Shown: positions 63,434 through 64,000 of the stretch, one piece after another
How the letters are laid out: each line of letters starts with the position of its first letter
Position numbering within the stretch: position 1 is the first letter of the stretch
Source: an uncultured Verrucomicrobiota bacterium
Lineage (GTDB): Bacteria; Verrucomicrobiota; Verrucomicrobiia; Limisphaerales; VHCN01
Length of the DNA: 64,000 nucleotides
Direction: 5' to 3'
NCBI GenBank assembly: GCA_964589935.1
Contig: CAZPVD010000001.1
Location: 352,818 to 416,817 of the forward strand
The notes under the pieces: generated by a model
Told to the model about the DNA's origin: nothing
The model's database searches: none
Seen by the model: only the letters and a program-made list of their open reading frames with translations
Position numbers and translations under genes: made by a program

Positions 63434-64000
63434 ATGAAGTCAATGACGGGCTATGGGCGCGGTGAGTGCGCCCGCAACGGATTCAAAGTGACTGTGGAGG
63501 TCAGCTCGGTGAACCGCCGCCAAAGCGAGATATCCGTCAACCTCCCGCGCGATCTCGAACCGCTTGAGGCGCAAATCCGCGATGAAATCAACCGTGTCAT
63601 CTCGCGCGGACGCATCACCGTGCGGGTCGCGTTGCACGCCGCAGGCGGGAAACTCGCCAATCAGGCGCGCGTGAACAAGGCGCTGGCGGAAGCCTACGCG
63701 AAGGAGTTCCGCAAGCTGGCGAAGTCGCTGAAATTGAGCGGCGAATTGAGCCTCGATGCGGTGCTGCGTTCGCCCGGCGTTTTGGAGACGGACGAGGACC
63801 GTGGCGACGCGGAGGATTTCTGGCCGGCGGTTCACAAATCGTTGACACAGGCGCTTGCCGCGCTCCTGAAAATGCGCGAACGCGAAGGCGCGCACCTCGC
63901 AAAAGACCTGCGGGGCCGGATGAAAATCATTTCCGCCGCCGCTGCGCGCATCCGTGCCCGCGCGCCCGATGTGCAGCAGCGCTATCGTGAGCAACTGATC
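63434..64000 (+). CDS. yicC: YicC-family protein, N-terminal part (continues beyond window end)
   Basis: Not in the ORF track (no stop within the window). My translation from the ATG at 63434 is MKSMTGYGRGECARNGFKVTVEVSSVNRRQSEISVNLPRDLEPLE..., the conserved YicC N-terminus. Confidence 0.8.
   Translation, partial: MKSMTGYGRGECARNGFKVTVEVSSVNRRQSEISVNLPRDLEPLEAQIRDEINRVISRGRITVRVALHAAGGKLANQARVNKALAEAYAKEFRKLAKSLKLSGELSLDAVLRSPGVLETDEDRGDAEDFWPAVHKSLTQALAALLKMREREGAHLAKDLRGRMKIISAAAARIRARAPDVQQRYREQLI

Overview
Gene-dense, GC-rich chromosomal window (roughly 60-65% GC by eye; only a few local stretches were hand-counted). I call about 50 protein-coding genes on both strands and recognise no rRNA, tRNA or CRISPR array. 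The gene content points to the PVC superphylum, most likely Verrucomicrobiota: a PSCyt/DUF1549/DUF1553 + DUF1501 pair, a TIGR02604-like dehydrogenase-domain protein, many Sec/Tat-exported enzymes and a Ser/Thr kinase with LRRs. Housekeeping anchors are gcvP, ilvD, alaS, trxA, an HtrA/DegP protease, a PilT-like ATPase and yicC. The ORF track uses ATG, GTG and TTG starts and contains many long antisense ORFs typical of GC-rich DNA. I did not call those, and I trimmed several 5' ends. Five observations stand out. (1) alaS is about 435 codons longer than a canonical AlaRS. Three in-frame insertions account for the whole excess: a REP-associated Y1 transposase (RAYT) flanked by REPIN-like hairpin pairs, a ~125-codon low-GC segment, and a 61-bp nested palindrome. 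(2) A four-gene porin-cytochrome module (lipoprotein octahaem cytochrome, ~720-aa outer-membrane barrel, monohaem cytochrome c, membrane-anchored NapC/CymA-like heptahaem cytochrome) has the parts list of an extracellular electron-transfer conduit. (3) Twelve perfectly phased 21-bp dyad repeats lie in the longest intergenic gap, upstream of a sigma-54-like promoter. (4) Two tandem enolase-superfamily dehydratases each carry a Tat signal. (5) There is a putative glucosylglycerate-type compatible-solute cluster. All functional calls rest on motif recognition by eye. No database search was run.
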